From Magnetococcales bacterium (lineage in GTDB: Bacteria > Pseudomonadota > Magnetococcia > Magnetococcales > JADGAQ01), in assembly GCA_015231925.1 (NCBI GenBank), contig JADGAQ010000005.1, positions 1 through 56,890 on the forward strand: a DNA stretch of 56,890 bases, in the 5' to 3' direction. The translations under genes and the position numbers were made by a program. The first letter of the stretch is position 1. Each line of letters starts with the position of its first letter. Under the pieces are notes generated by a model. It was not told the origin of the DNA. It searched no databases and saw only the letters and a list, made by a program, of their open reading frames with translations. Positions 36,360 through 45,077 of the stretch are shown one piece after another.

Positions 36360-37249
36360 TGAATCCGCTGCGGATCAGAGGAACGGGGAAGGACCGGAGA
36401 ATCAATTTACAATCGCATCGTTCCGCTCTTCAGTAAGACATGGCTTGCATTTTGTGCATGGCCATGATCCCATAGTGTCATGAATGACATCGCCCACCCC
36501 CACGACCGGTTGCTGAAAACCCTCCTCTCCGATCCGGAAAGGGCGGGAACCTTGTTGCGGGAACACCTGCCCAAGGAGATCGCCGGATCCCTTGCCCCGG
36601 ACCCGCCGGAATTGGTGGAGGGAACCTTCGTCGATGAGGCCTTGCGCTCCCATCTGACGGATCGCCTTTTCAAGGTGAGGACTCTCCAAGGTCGGGTGGT
36701 TTTGCTCTATGTTCTGATCGAACACAAGAGCCTGCCGGAGCCGCACATCGCCTGGCAATTGGCGAAGTATTTGGTGGAAGCGCTGAAGCAGTGGGAACGG
36801 GAACACCCGCACTGGGAATTTCTTCCCGCAATCATTCCCTTTGTGATGTATCATGGGGCCGCAGAGTGGCGGATTCCGGACGAGTTCCTGTCACTGGTTG
36901 ATGCCGAGGAGGCGTGGAAGCCCTATCTGCTGAACTTCCATTACGCACTGATGGATCTTGGCCGCATCGAAGATGGCGAGCTTTTTCATCAGCCCCGGTT
37001 GCGGGCCTGGTTGCTTGCGGCAAAGTATGCCATGCGAGACGGTCTGCAACTGGGCGCCAAAGAGGTGCTGATTCAGTCGATGATTGCCATACCGGAGGAG
37101 GATTTCCGGATTCTGATGCGCTATCTGGTGGAAACGTTTCGCAACTACGATGAAACAACGGTGCGGGAGATCATCCACAGGGTGCGTCCCGAGGAGGAAG
37201 AAGAAATGATGTCCCAATTCGCCCAGGAGATGATGAAGCGCGGTCGGCA
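35397..37249 (+). repeat. Tandem direct duplication: two 764-bp copies (35397-36160 and 36486-37249), offset 1089 bp
   Basis: Line-by-line comparison found 2 mismatches (35414 t/c, 35421 c/t). Identity begins about 15 nt after the start codons and ends abruptly at 36160/37249. Confidence 0.9.
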
Positions 37250-37472
37250 GGAGGGAAGACAGGAGGGAAGACAGGAGGGAAGACAGGAGGGAAGACAGGA
37301 GGGAAGACAGGAAGAAGCCGCAGCAATGCTACTTAAACAGGCCCGGCGCAAATTCGGGCAGATTCCGGATTGGGCCACAAGCAGAATCCAATCCGCCAGC
37401 CTGGAACTTATCGAAACCTGGGGAGAAAATATCCTTTTCGCCGACTCCCTGGAGGATATGTTCATCTCCTAA
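36480..37472 (+). CDS. Rpn/YhgA-like PD-(D/E)xK nuclease with DUF4351-like C-terminus, paralog 2
   Basis: 330 aa. Protein is identical to paralog 1 from DIAHPHDRLL to QEMMKRGRQ, then carries a (QEGR)5 repeat and a diverged tail ...LLKQARRKFGQIPDWA...SLEDMF. Confidence 0.8.
   Translation: MNDIAHPHDRLLKTLLSDPERAGTLLREHLPKEIAGSLAPDPPELVEGTFVDEALRSHLTDRLFKVRTLQGRVVLLYVLIEHKSLPEPHIAWQLAKYLVEALKQWEREHPHWEFLPAIIPFVMYHGAAEWRIPDEFLSLVDAEEAWKPYLLNFHYALMDLGRIEDGELFHQPRLRAWLLAAKYAMRDGLQLGAKEVLIQSMIAIPEEDFRILMRYLVETFRNYDETTVREIIHRVRPEEEEEMMSQFAQEMMKRGRQEGRQEGRQEGRQEGRQEGRQEEAAAMLLKQARRKFGQIPDWATSRIQSASLELIETWGENILFADSLEDMFIS
37248..37312 (+). repeat. In-frame 12-bp tandem repeat (caggagggaaga x5 + partial) encoding (QEGR)n
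   Basis: Five perfect units at 37248-37307, then cagga. Paralog 1 has only two units, spelled with different codons (caggaaggacgc, 36171-36194). Confidence 0.9.
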
Positions 37473-37587
37473 GCCTGCAACAAAACCCCTACACAAGATA
37501 AAGATTACAATAAATAGTTTTTATTGCTGCATATTTTTTCGCGTATTTAACGCTCCCTGAAGCAAACAGTCGAACTTGGCTATCATC

Positions 37588-38349
37588 TCACCGAAACTGA
37601 CAGACACCTTCTCCTGCCAGAATGGCCTGCGGATTCGTGGTCACCAAACGTAACGCCGCCGAGCGCCCGATCAATTTCGCCGCCTCGCGGAAGCCGTCCG
37701 ACAGGACCGGCTGGCGGCGGTAGATGTGGTGGCCGTCGCTGGCCAGGACAGTGACCCAACCTCGTTCCAGAATCGTTTCCGCCGTCTGACGCACCCCCTC
37801 GCCGAATTGTCCGCTCAGCGACCCCGCCGTGATCTGGGTCAGGCATCCCATCTTCAGAAAAGGACCCAACCTGTCGGGATCCTTACGGAAATCGCGGATG
37901 CGCTCGGGATGAGCCAGGATCGGGGTGATGCCCTGTTTGACCAGCAACTCGGTCATGTAAGACTGGCCCGGCTCCACTCCTCCGAAAGGAAATTCCAGCA
38001 GCAGATAACGCCGCTCCCCCACCCGGTTCAGCCAGGGTACCCGACCCTTGCGCAACCAGCCGAAGATCTCCGCTCCCAGATGGACCTCCGCGGCCAGCCC
38101 CAACTGCAGGGCAATGCCCTCCTCCGCCAGAGCCGCTACCAGTTGCTGAAATATCGGTGGACTCTTCTCGGGGGTCTCCTCATAGCCGTCCGCCTTGAAA
38201 TGGGGCGTGGCCAGCAACGTGCCCGTGCCCTCGGCAACCGCCATGCGGGCCATGGCCAACGCCGTGGCCATCTCACCGGGACCATCGTCCACTCCCGGCA
38301 GAATGTGGCAGTGCAGGTCGATGAAACCTCCCGGCGGGGTCTCTTCCAT
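37588..38349 (-). CDS. PHP-family protein-tyrosine phosphatase (CpsB/YwqE-like)
   Basis: MEETPPGGFIDLHCHILPGVDDGP... N-terminus typical of CpsB. Start set at the ATG at 38349, immediately after the mfd stop. Confidence 0.8.
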   Translation of the reverse strand: MEETPPGGFIDLHCHILPGVDDGPGEMATALAMARMAVAEGTGTLLATPHFKADGYEETPEKSPPIFQQLVAALAEEGIALQLGLAAEVHLGAEIFGWLRKGRVPWLNRVGERRYLLLEFPFGGVEPGQSYMTELLVKQGITPILAHPERIRDFRKDPDRLGPFLKMGCLTQITAGSLSGQFGEGVRQTAETILERGWVTVLASDGHHIYRRQPVLSDGFREAAKLIGRSAALRLVTTNPQAILAGEGVCQFR

Positions 38350-38350
38350 G

Positions 38351-41300
38351 TCAAGCCCCTTTCGGAGCCGGCAACAGGTTGCGCAAAAGGGTCTCCAACT
38401 CCCGCAAACGGCGTTGCCCATCCTCCCAGGAACGATTGCGCAGGGAAAGCACCCGGGTATCCTGCTGGAACATCACCGAACCCTTGCCCTCCCGCAGCAT
38501 CTGCACGATTTTGAGACCGTCTGCGACGGCATTCTCGCCGAAGTGAACCACTGCCCCCTTGGGCCCGGCTTCCAGTTTGCGAACACCCAGCCGTTTGCAC
38601 AGACTCTTGAATTGCAACACCTTAAGCAGATTCAATACCGATTCGGGAATGGTGCCGAAGCGATCCAGCAACTCTCCCCTGGTCTCGTGAATGGCTTCCG
38701 GCTCCTGCAAACCGGCCAGACGCTTGTACAGGTTGAGCCGCTCCTTGACATCGGGAACATAAGTATCGGGGATGAAGGTGGAGACCTGCAGATTGATCTG
38801 AATGGCCTCGTTGCCGGTCACGGGCGCGGCTTCTCCGGTCTCCGCGGCCCGCAAAGCCTGGATGGCCTCGCCCAGCATCTGGTGATACATCTCGAAGCCC
38901 ACCTCTTCAATCTGCCCGGATTGCTCCTTGCCCAGAATATTGCCGGCGCCGCGAATCTCCATATCCTGGGTGGCCAGCATGAAACCCGCCCCCAGATCCC
39001 CCAGGCTTTCGATGGCCTGCAGCCGCTTGCGGGCGTCCGCCGAGATACCCTGTTCGTGGGGAATGAGCAGGTAGGCGTAGGCCCGATGGCGGGAACGGCC
39101 CACCCGACCCCGCAACTGGTGCAACTGGGCCAGGCCGAAGCGATCGGCGCGGTGGATGATGATGGTGTTGGCGCTGGGAATGTCCACCCCGTTCTCGATG
39201 ATGGTCGAGCAAACCAGCAGGTTGAACTCCTGCCGGTAGAAGGAGAGCATCACCTTTTCCAACCGGCCTTCCGGCATCTGGCCATGGGCTACCCCCACCT
39301 TGGCCTCCGGCACCAGTCGGGCCAGGCTGTCCGCTGTCTGGTCGATGTCCTCCACCTGATTGTAAACGTAGAAGACCTGCCCGCCCCGGAACAACTCACG
39401 CAGAATGGCCTCCCGAATCTGCACCCGGTCAACGGGGGTGACAATGGTGTGAATCTGCAGTCGTCCCGGCGGTGGCGAAGCGATGATGGAGATGTCGCGC
39501 ACCCCCGCCATGGCCAGATGCAAAGTACGCGGAATGGGAGTGGCCGTCAGGGTGAGGATATCGACTTCGGCACGCATTTTCTTGATGCGCTCCTTGTGCG
39601 TCACCCCGAAGCGCTGCTCCTCGTCCACCACCAACAGGCCCAGATCCTTGAAAACGATGTCTTTTTGCAACAAACGGTGGGTGCCGATGACGATATCCAC
39701 CCCGCCAAAGGCCAGCTTTCCGATGACCTCGTTCATTTCCCGGGCATCCCGATAGCGGGAGAGCAGGTCGACCACGATGGGATAACCCTCCATGCGCCGG
39801 GAGAAGGTGTCGTAATGCTGCTGCGCCAGAATGGTCGTGGGAACCAGAATGGCCACCTGGCGACCATCCATGACGGCGCGGAAGGCGGCACGCACCGCCA
39901 CTTCCGTCTTGCCGAAGCCTACATCGCCGCAGATGAGGCGATCCATGGGCCGGTCCTGGGCCATGTCCGCCAGCACCGCCCGAATGGCCTCCTCCTGATC
40001 GGGGGTCTCCTCGAAGGGAAAGCTGGCGGCAAACTCCTGATAGACCGGATCCTCACCCGAAAAGGCGATGGCCTTGGCGGTTTGCCGCAGGGCCTGCAAC
40101 TGCACAAGTTCCGCCGCCATCTCCAGAATGCGGCTTTTGGCCTTGGCCTTGACCTTCTCCCAACGGGTGGCGCCCAGTTTGTCGAGGGGGGGTTCCTCGC
40201 CGCCGGTGTATTTGTTGACCCGGTCCAGGTTTTCCACCGGAACGTAGAGTTTGTCGCCATCCTGATAGCGCAGCAGCAGGAAGTCGTTGCGAATGCCGCC
40301 GACCTCCAGGGGCATGAGCCCTCCGTAACGGCCGTGGCCATAATCGAGATGCACCACCGGGTCGCCATCCTTGAGATCGGCGAAACTGGCCAGCAACTGG
40401 TCCAGGAAACGCGGATCGGTCTTGGCGCGCCGACTGGTGCGACCAAAGATCAGATCCTCCCCGATGAACCACCAGCGTACCTCATCCTGACGACAGCCCA
40501 GGGAGAGATCGCCCAGAGTCAGATGGATCGTGTTTCTGTTCCGTTGCCCACTTTGAACCCAGCTCTCTTCCGCCACCCAGGGGAGGTGATGGGCCGTGAG
40601 CATCTCCTCCAGGCGCAGCCGCTGCCCCAGGGTGCGGGAGGCCAGGGTGATTTCGTAACCGTCGGCCAGCGCCTTCGACAGAGCGGGCCACCAGCGGGCG
40701 ACACCGCCCGCAGCACCCTCCTCCCCCGGAAGGGTGGGCGGGGAAAAACCCATGTCACAGATCGTTCCCTCCCCTCCGCTTCCCTGTTCCAACAACGCAA
40801 AGGTCTTCAGAGCCTCCTCGACCTGGGCCACGCTCAGGTAGAACTTTTCCGGAGGCAGCATCCTCAGGGGAGACTCTCCCGACCAGCCGCCCGCCTTTCG
40901 CACCTGGTAGCGTTCGGCGATCTCCGCGCCACGACGCCGGATCTCCGCATCGAACTCCTCGTCAAGCAGAAACAGGGTATCGGCGGGCAGATAATCGAAA
41001 AAGGTCAGCGTCGTGTCGTAAAACAGGGGCAGAAAATGTTCCATCGCCGGGAATCGTTCCGATTGGGAAACGGCCCGGTAGAGAGGATCGTTGGCGGAAG
41101 CGCCGCCGAATTCGCTGCGGTAGGCGGTGCGGAAACGGGCGATACTGGCGTCATTGAAGATGATTTCCGAAACCGGCAGCAGATCGAGGCCGGGAATGCG
41201 GTCGCTGGAGCGTTGCGTCACCGGATCGAACAGGCGCAACGACTCCACGCTGTCACCAAAGAACTCCAGGCGAACCGGGGCATCGGCCCCGGCGGGAAAG

Positions 41301-41893
41301 AGATCGAGAATGCCACCCCGCATGGCGAACTCCCCCGCCTCCTTCACCTGACTGCTGGCCCAATACCCCGCCTTGACCAGATAAAGGCGCAAGGCCTCCA
41401 GGTCGACGGCGTCCCCCTGGCGAATCTGAAAGCCGTAAGCGGCCAGGACATCCGCAGGCATCAGGCGCTGCATGAGCCCGCCGGGGGTGGTCACCACCAC
41501 CATGCCGCCCGATTCGGAGGGCATGGCAAAGGGCACCTTGCCGGTAAGGCGCAGCAGGCGAAACAGGGTGGAGAGACGGTCCGCCACCAGTGGACCGAAG
41601 GGGGACAGGGGCTCGTAGGGCAGAACCTCCCAGGCGGGAAAGTTCCACAACGCCTCCTGACGCATGGCGGGAGGCAGGTGGAACATCATCTCCCGCAAGA
41701 CGATCTCCGCCTGCAGCGCCCGGGAAGTCACCAGCACCGTCAGGCCGCGACGGGTCCGGGCCCGTTCCGCTGCCAACCAGGCCATGGCCCCCAGGGGGCA
41801 ACGCTGCAGGATGCCTCGTTCTCCGGGACGACTGGGCAGGCAGTCCAGGGAAACCGAGGGGTTCAGCGAAGAGATGGGGCGGTTTGGCTTCAT
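38351..41893 (-). CDS. mfd: Transcription-repair coupling factor
   Basis: 1180 aa. Superfamily-2 helicase motifs (GDVGFGKTEVA, DEEQRFG), RNAP-interaction region and TRG-like region. Confidence 0.95.
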   Translation of the reverse strand: MKPNRPISSLNPSVSLDCLPSRPGERGILQRCPLGAMAWLAAERARTRRGLTVLVTSRALQAEIVLREMMFHLPPAMRQEALWNFPAWEVLPYEPLSPFGPLVADRLSTLFRLLRLTGKVPFAMPSESGGMVVVTTPGGLMQRLMPADVLAAYGFQIRQGDAVDLEALRLYLVKAGYWASSQVKEAGEFAMRGGILDLFPAGADAPVRLEFFGDSVESLRLFDPVTQRSSDRIPGLDLLPVSEIIFNDASIARFRTAYRSEFGGASANDPLYRAVSQSERFPAMEHFLPLFYDTTLTFFDYLPADTLFLLDEEFDAEIRRRGAEIAERYQVRKAGGWSGESPLRMLPPEKFYLSVAQVEEALKTFALLEQGSGGEGTICDMGFSPPTLPGEEGAAGGVARWWPALSKALADGYEITLASRTLGQRLRLEEMLTAHHLPWVAEESWVQSGQRNRNTIHLTLGDLSLGCRQDEVRWWFIGEDLIFGRTSRRAKTDPRFLDQLLASFADLKDGDPVVHLDYGHGRYGGLMPLEVGGIRNDFLLLRYQDGDKLYVPVENLDRVNKYTGGEEPPLDKLGATRWEKVKAKAKSRILEMAAELVQLQALRQTAKAIAFSGEDPVYQEFAASFPFEETPDQEEAIRAVLADMAQDRPMDRLICGDVGFGKTEVAVRAAFRAVMDGRQVAILVPTTILAQQHYDTFSRRMEGYPIVVDLLSRYRDAREMNEVIGKLAFGGVDIVIGTHRLLQKDIVFKDLGLLVVDEEQRFGVTHKERIKKMRAEVDILTLTATPIPRTLHLAMAGVRDISIIASPPPGRLQIHTIVTPVDRVQIREAILRELFRGGQVFYVYNQVEDIDQTADSLARLVPEAKVGVAHGQMPEGRLEKVMLSFYRQEFNLLVCSTIIENGVDIPSANTIIIHRADRFGLAQLHQLRGRVGRSRHRAYAYLLIPHEQGISADARKRLQAIESLGDLGAGFMLATQDMEIRGAGNILGKEQSGQIEEVGFEMYHQMLGEAIQALRAAETGEAAPVTGNEAIQINLQVSTFIPDTYVPDVKERLNLYKRLAGLQEPEAIHETRGELLDRFGTIPESVLNLLKVLQFKSLCKRLGVRKLEAGPKGAVVHFGENAVADGLKIVQMLREGKGSVMFQQDTRVLSLRNRSWEDGQRRLRELETLLRNLLPAPKGA

Positions 41894-42060
41894 GGATAAA
41901 CGATCACACAGGGTCTGAGTTCAGGGCGTTAAAGGGGCGCATCTCCCGAAAAGGCCGCGAACCGGGCCGAAAAAGGAGAAGCGGACATTGCCAAGCCGGG
42001 GGCTTTTCTTCAACATGGCGGGAGGATGTCGAAAAACGGGGACAGGGAGGTTGGGCGGAC

Positions 42061-43335
42061 ATGAATGCGGTCTTTGTCATCCTGATACTCGGTGCGATCC
42101 TGGTGGGCGCCGCCCAGGAGGTCGGCTGGCTGGTCGCGACCGCCACCCAACCCCTGAACGCCCTGACCGAGGAGATGATCCGTTCCGCCAAAAGCGCGGT
42201 CGATCTTTCCCTGGGACTGATCGGCATCATGGCCTTCTTCCTGGGACTGATGAAAATCGTCGAGCAGGGCGGCGCGCTGGCCATTCTGGCGCGACTGATC
42301 CGCCCCCTCCTGGTACGGCTTTTTCCGCAGGTTCCCGCCGGACATCCGGCCATGGGGGCCATGATCATGAACATCTCCGCCAACATGCTGGGGCTGGGCA
42401 ACGCCGCCACTCCCTTCGGCATTCGTGCCATGCAGGAGTTGGATCGTCTGAATCCCCACAAAGGCACCGCCTCCGACGCCATGACGCTTTTTCTGGCCAT
42501 CAACACCTCGGGGGTGACCCTCTTTCCCACCAGCGTCATGGCGTTGCGCGCTTCCCTCGGCTCCCAGGATCCCGCCGCCATCGTGCCCACCACCCTGATC
42601 GCCACCCTCTTCGGCACCGTCGTCTCCGTGGCCGTGGCCCTTTGGGCCCGGCGATTCTACCCCTTGCCTCCCGTCCCGGAGGGCTTCCGGGAATCCGCCC
42701 CGGATCAGCCTGAGCCCGAAGGGCCCCGGAGCGACTATCCCCCCTGGATCACCTGGAGCGCTCTGGTTCTTTTCCTCTCCATCATTCCGCTGACCCTGCT
42801 TTTCGGACGGACGCTCTCCCCCTGGGTTCTGCCGGGAATGACCGCGTCGTTTCTCCTGTTTGGCCTGTGGAAAAGGGTGCGCATTTACGAGGCGTTCGTG
42901 GAGGGGGCAAAGGAGGGCTTTCAAATCGCGGTGCAGATCATCCCCTATCTGGTGGCCATCCTGGTCGCGGTGGGCATGTTCCGCGCCAGTGGGGCGTTGG
43001 GCTGGCTGGTATCCCTCCTCGGCGCCCTGACCACACCCCTCGGTCTGCCCCCGGAGGCGCTGCCCATGGCGCTGCTGCGCCCCTTCTCCGGTTCCGGCGC
43101 TTACGGCGTCATGACGGCCATCATGCAGGATCCCCGACACGGCCCGGACAGCTATGTCGGGTTGCTGGTCAGCACCCTGCAGGGCGCCAGCGAAACAACC
43201 TTCTACGTCTTGGCGGTCTACTTCGGCGCGGTCCGGATTCAACGCATCCGCCAGGCTCTTCTAGCCGGTCTGGCCGGTGACGTAGCCAGCACGGTTGCGG
43301 CGGTGGTCACCTGCTCCTGGCTGGTACGCCCCTGA
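42061..43335 (+). CDS. Nucleoside-recognition-domain membrane protein (fused SpmA/SpmB-like)
   Basis: 424 aa from the ATG at 42061. Polytopic, with MNISANMLGLGNAATPFGIRAM and a second SpmB-like half (GSGAYGVM...). The track ORF extends about 157 codons further upstream without support. Confidence 0.75.
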   Translation: MNAVFVILILGAILVGAAQEVGWLVATATQPLNALTEEMIRSAKSAVDLSLGLIGIMAFFLGLMKIVEQGGALAILARLIRPLLVRLFPQVPAGHPAMGAMIMNISANMLGLGNAATPFGIRAMQELDRLNPHKGTASDAMTLFLAINTSGVTLFPTSVMALRASLGSQDPAAIVPTTLIATLFGTVVSVAVALWARRFYPLPPVPEGFRESAPDQPEPEGPRSDYPPWITWSALVLFLSIIPLTLLFGRTLSPWVLPGMTASFLLFGLWKRVRIYEAFVEGAKEGFQIAVQIIPYLVAILVAVGMFRASGALGWLVSLLGALTTPLGLPPEALPMALLRPFSGSGAYGVMTAIMQDPRHGPDSYVGLLVSTLQGASETTFYVLAVYFGAVRIQRIRQALLAGLAGDVASTVAAVVTCSWLVRP

Positions 43336-43347
43336 ACACCCGTCAAA

Positions 43348-43626
43348 TCACTCCACCTTCTCCCTCAAAATCTGGCTCGGTTTGAAGGTCACCACCCGGC
43401 GGGCGGAAATTTCGAACTCCTCCCCCGTCTTGGGGTTGCGTCCCACCCGGGAGACCTTCTGGCGCACGGTGAAATTGCCGAATCCGGACAACTTCACCGC
43501 ATCCCCCTGCTCCAACTGCTCACGAATCAGTTCGAAGCAATCGGCTACCACGGATGCGGATTCCTGCTTGGAAAGTTTGAGATTCCGGTGGACGGCTTCC
43601 ACCAAATCGGCCATGGTTGTGGTCAT
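43348..43626 (-). CDS. ihfA: Integration host factor alpha subunit (HU/IHF family)
   Basis: 92 aa. [49 protein letters not shown]. Confidence 0.85.
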   Translation of the reverse strand: MTTTMADLVEAVHRNLKLSKQESASVVADCFELIREQLEQGDAVKLSGFGNFTVRQKVSRVGRNPKTGEEFEISARRVVTFKPSQILREKVE

Positions 43627-43647
43627 CCAACCCTCACTTGACTTTAG

Positions 43648-44070
43648 TTACTTTAGTGTTTTCAGGAAGGCAATCAAGTCCCGACGATTCGCTTCGCTGT
43701 CGATACCGTCAAAGGAGATAATGTGTGTTTTCTTTTTTTCCGTCATCTTTGAATTGGGTATAAACGAATCTGGATGAGTCATGAATTTGTCAATATTCTC
43801 CGGCGTCCAAACCAAGGATTTCTCTCGCGCCATGGACAGAAAGGCGTCACTGTAGGCAAACCCCTCGGCGGAGCCCGCAGGTCTGCCCACCAAACCCCAC
43901 AGGTAGGGGCCCTTGATGTTTTTGCGGGTCAGGGTCAGATCGTGACAAACGCCGCAATTGTTTTCCACGATACGGCGCCCCATCTCCGCATCCCCCCGCC
44001 ACAGGAGATAGGCAAAGACGAGAATCGTCGCCAGCCCCAGCAAAAGCAGCAACGCCTTGAGAAGTTTCAC
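43648..44070 (-). CDS. Membrane-anchored class I c-type cytochrome
   Basis: Heme motif CGVCH plus a distal Met region. Start set at the GTG at 44070, preceded by GAGGT, giving the signal-anchor KLLKALLLLLGLATILVF. The track start at 44139 is a TTG. Confidence 0.75.
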   Translation of the reverse strand: MKLLKALLLLLGLATILVFAYLLWRGDAEMGRRIVENNCGVCHDLTLTRKNIKGPYLWGLVGRPAGSAEGFAYSDAFLSMAREKSLVWTPENIDKFMTHPDSFIPNSKMTEKKKTHIISFDGIDSEANRRDLIAFLKTLK

Positions 44071-44265
44071 CCGCGCAACCTCGAAGCAGTGATCCGGGAG
44101 AGGAACTGGGATGCAGCACACCCCGACACCGTCCAACAAACAGGCATCGGTAAAATATATTAATTTTTCTCGGTACAGAGTGCAATGCGTCCCGGAGGGA
44201 GAACGGAAAGAAGCGGAGAAATTACGGGAAAAGGGGCCGGAGGGAACCGGCCCCGGAAGATCGAC

Positions 44266-44937
44266 TCACAAAGCCATGCTGTTCTTCACCACCTCGTCGG
44301 CCTCACCCCTCAGATGGGCGTCGCCCATGGGATAGAGCATCTGCTCCTCCTTGAGGTTGTGCTGCTGCATGATCATCAACAGGGTGGAAAAGGCGCGTTT
44401 CACCCCATCCAGTTGGCCGGACTCCAGGGATTGAGCCATTTGGGCCATCAAGCCCCGCATCTGCTCATGCTCCATCCGCATGACCATGGTCGGTCCCTGG
44501 CGCATGCCCGTGCGGCTCTCGAAAGCCGGGAAGAAGACCTCCTCCTCCATGCGGAAGTGGTGCAGCATGCCCACCTGGAACCGGGCCATCCACTGTCGGG
44601 TCCGTTCCAAATCACCCTGTTGAGCCGCCTCCTCCATGGTGGCGAAAAGATCGTCACAACGGCGGTGATCCCGGATGAAATACTCCTGAATGGCGCGAGG
44701 CCCTCCGGCGACATCCCGGCGGCAAAGCTGCATGCGCCACTGCCCCGGACCCTGTTGCAGGTGGAACCAGTCCAGCTCCACGCCGCATGCTTTGGCCACC
44801 TCCCCGCATAAACCCGTCAGCGCCCTCTCCCCCCGAATCTCCAGGCACGCCCCCTGGGCCAATCCCTTCACCGCAGCCGTCAAGGTGGACAGGGCTGCCG
44901 GGTTCTCTTGTCCCGTGATATCGATTTCCTTGTTCAC
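44266..44937 (-). CDS. Hemerythrin (HHE cation-binding) protein with N-terminal TusA-fold/DUF2249-like domain lacking the catalytic Cys
   Basis: C-terminal HxxxE/HHE-type repeats (DHRRCDDLF..., HHFRMEEEVFFP, EHEQM, QHNLKEEQMLYP). N-terminal IDITGQENPAALSTL...GACLEIRGE resembles TusA/DUF2249 but has no CPxP motif. Start set at the GTG at 44937, behind a strong GAGGAGG. Confidence 0.7.
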   Translation of the reverse strand: MNKEIDITGQENPAALSTLTAAVKGLAQGACLEIRGERALTGLCGEVAKACGVELDWFHLQQGPGQWRMQLCRRDVAGGPRAIQEYFIRDHRRCDDLFATMEEAAQQGDLERTRQWMARFQVGMLHHFRMEEEVFFPAFESRTGMRQGPTMVMRMEHEQMRGLMAQMAQSLESGQLDGVKRAFSTLLMIMQQHNLKEEQMLYPMGDAHLRGEADEVVKNSMAL

Positions 44938-45077
44938 ACGACACCTCCTCAATAATGGCCTTTCCGCACGCTTCAATTATTCCATTGCCACAAACCCGCC
45001 GCTTTGACCAAAATCAACCCCCGCCGGTTTCTTGGGCCGGCAACTATTTATCCCTTCCTCCCGAAAGGCAACAGATA

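Noticed and set aside
37248-37312. CRISPR-like or other non-coding array
   Set aside because: The units are 12 bp, contiguous with no spacers, and in frame inside an ORF. It is a coding microsatellite. I saw no CRISPR array anywhere in the window.
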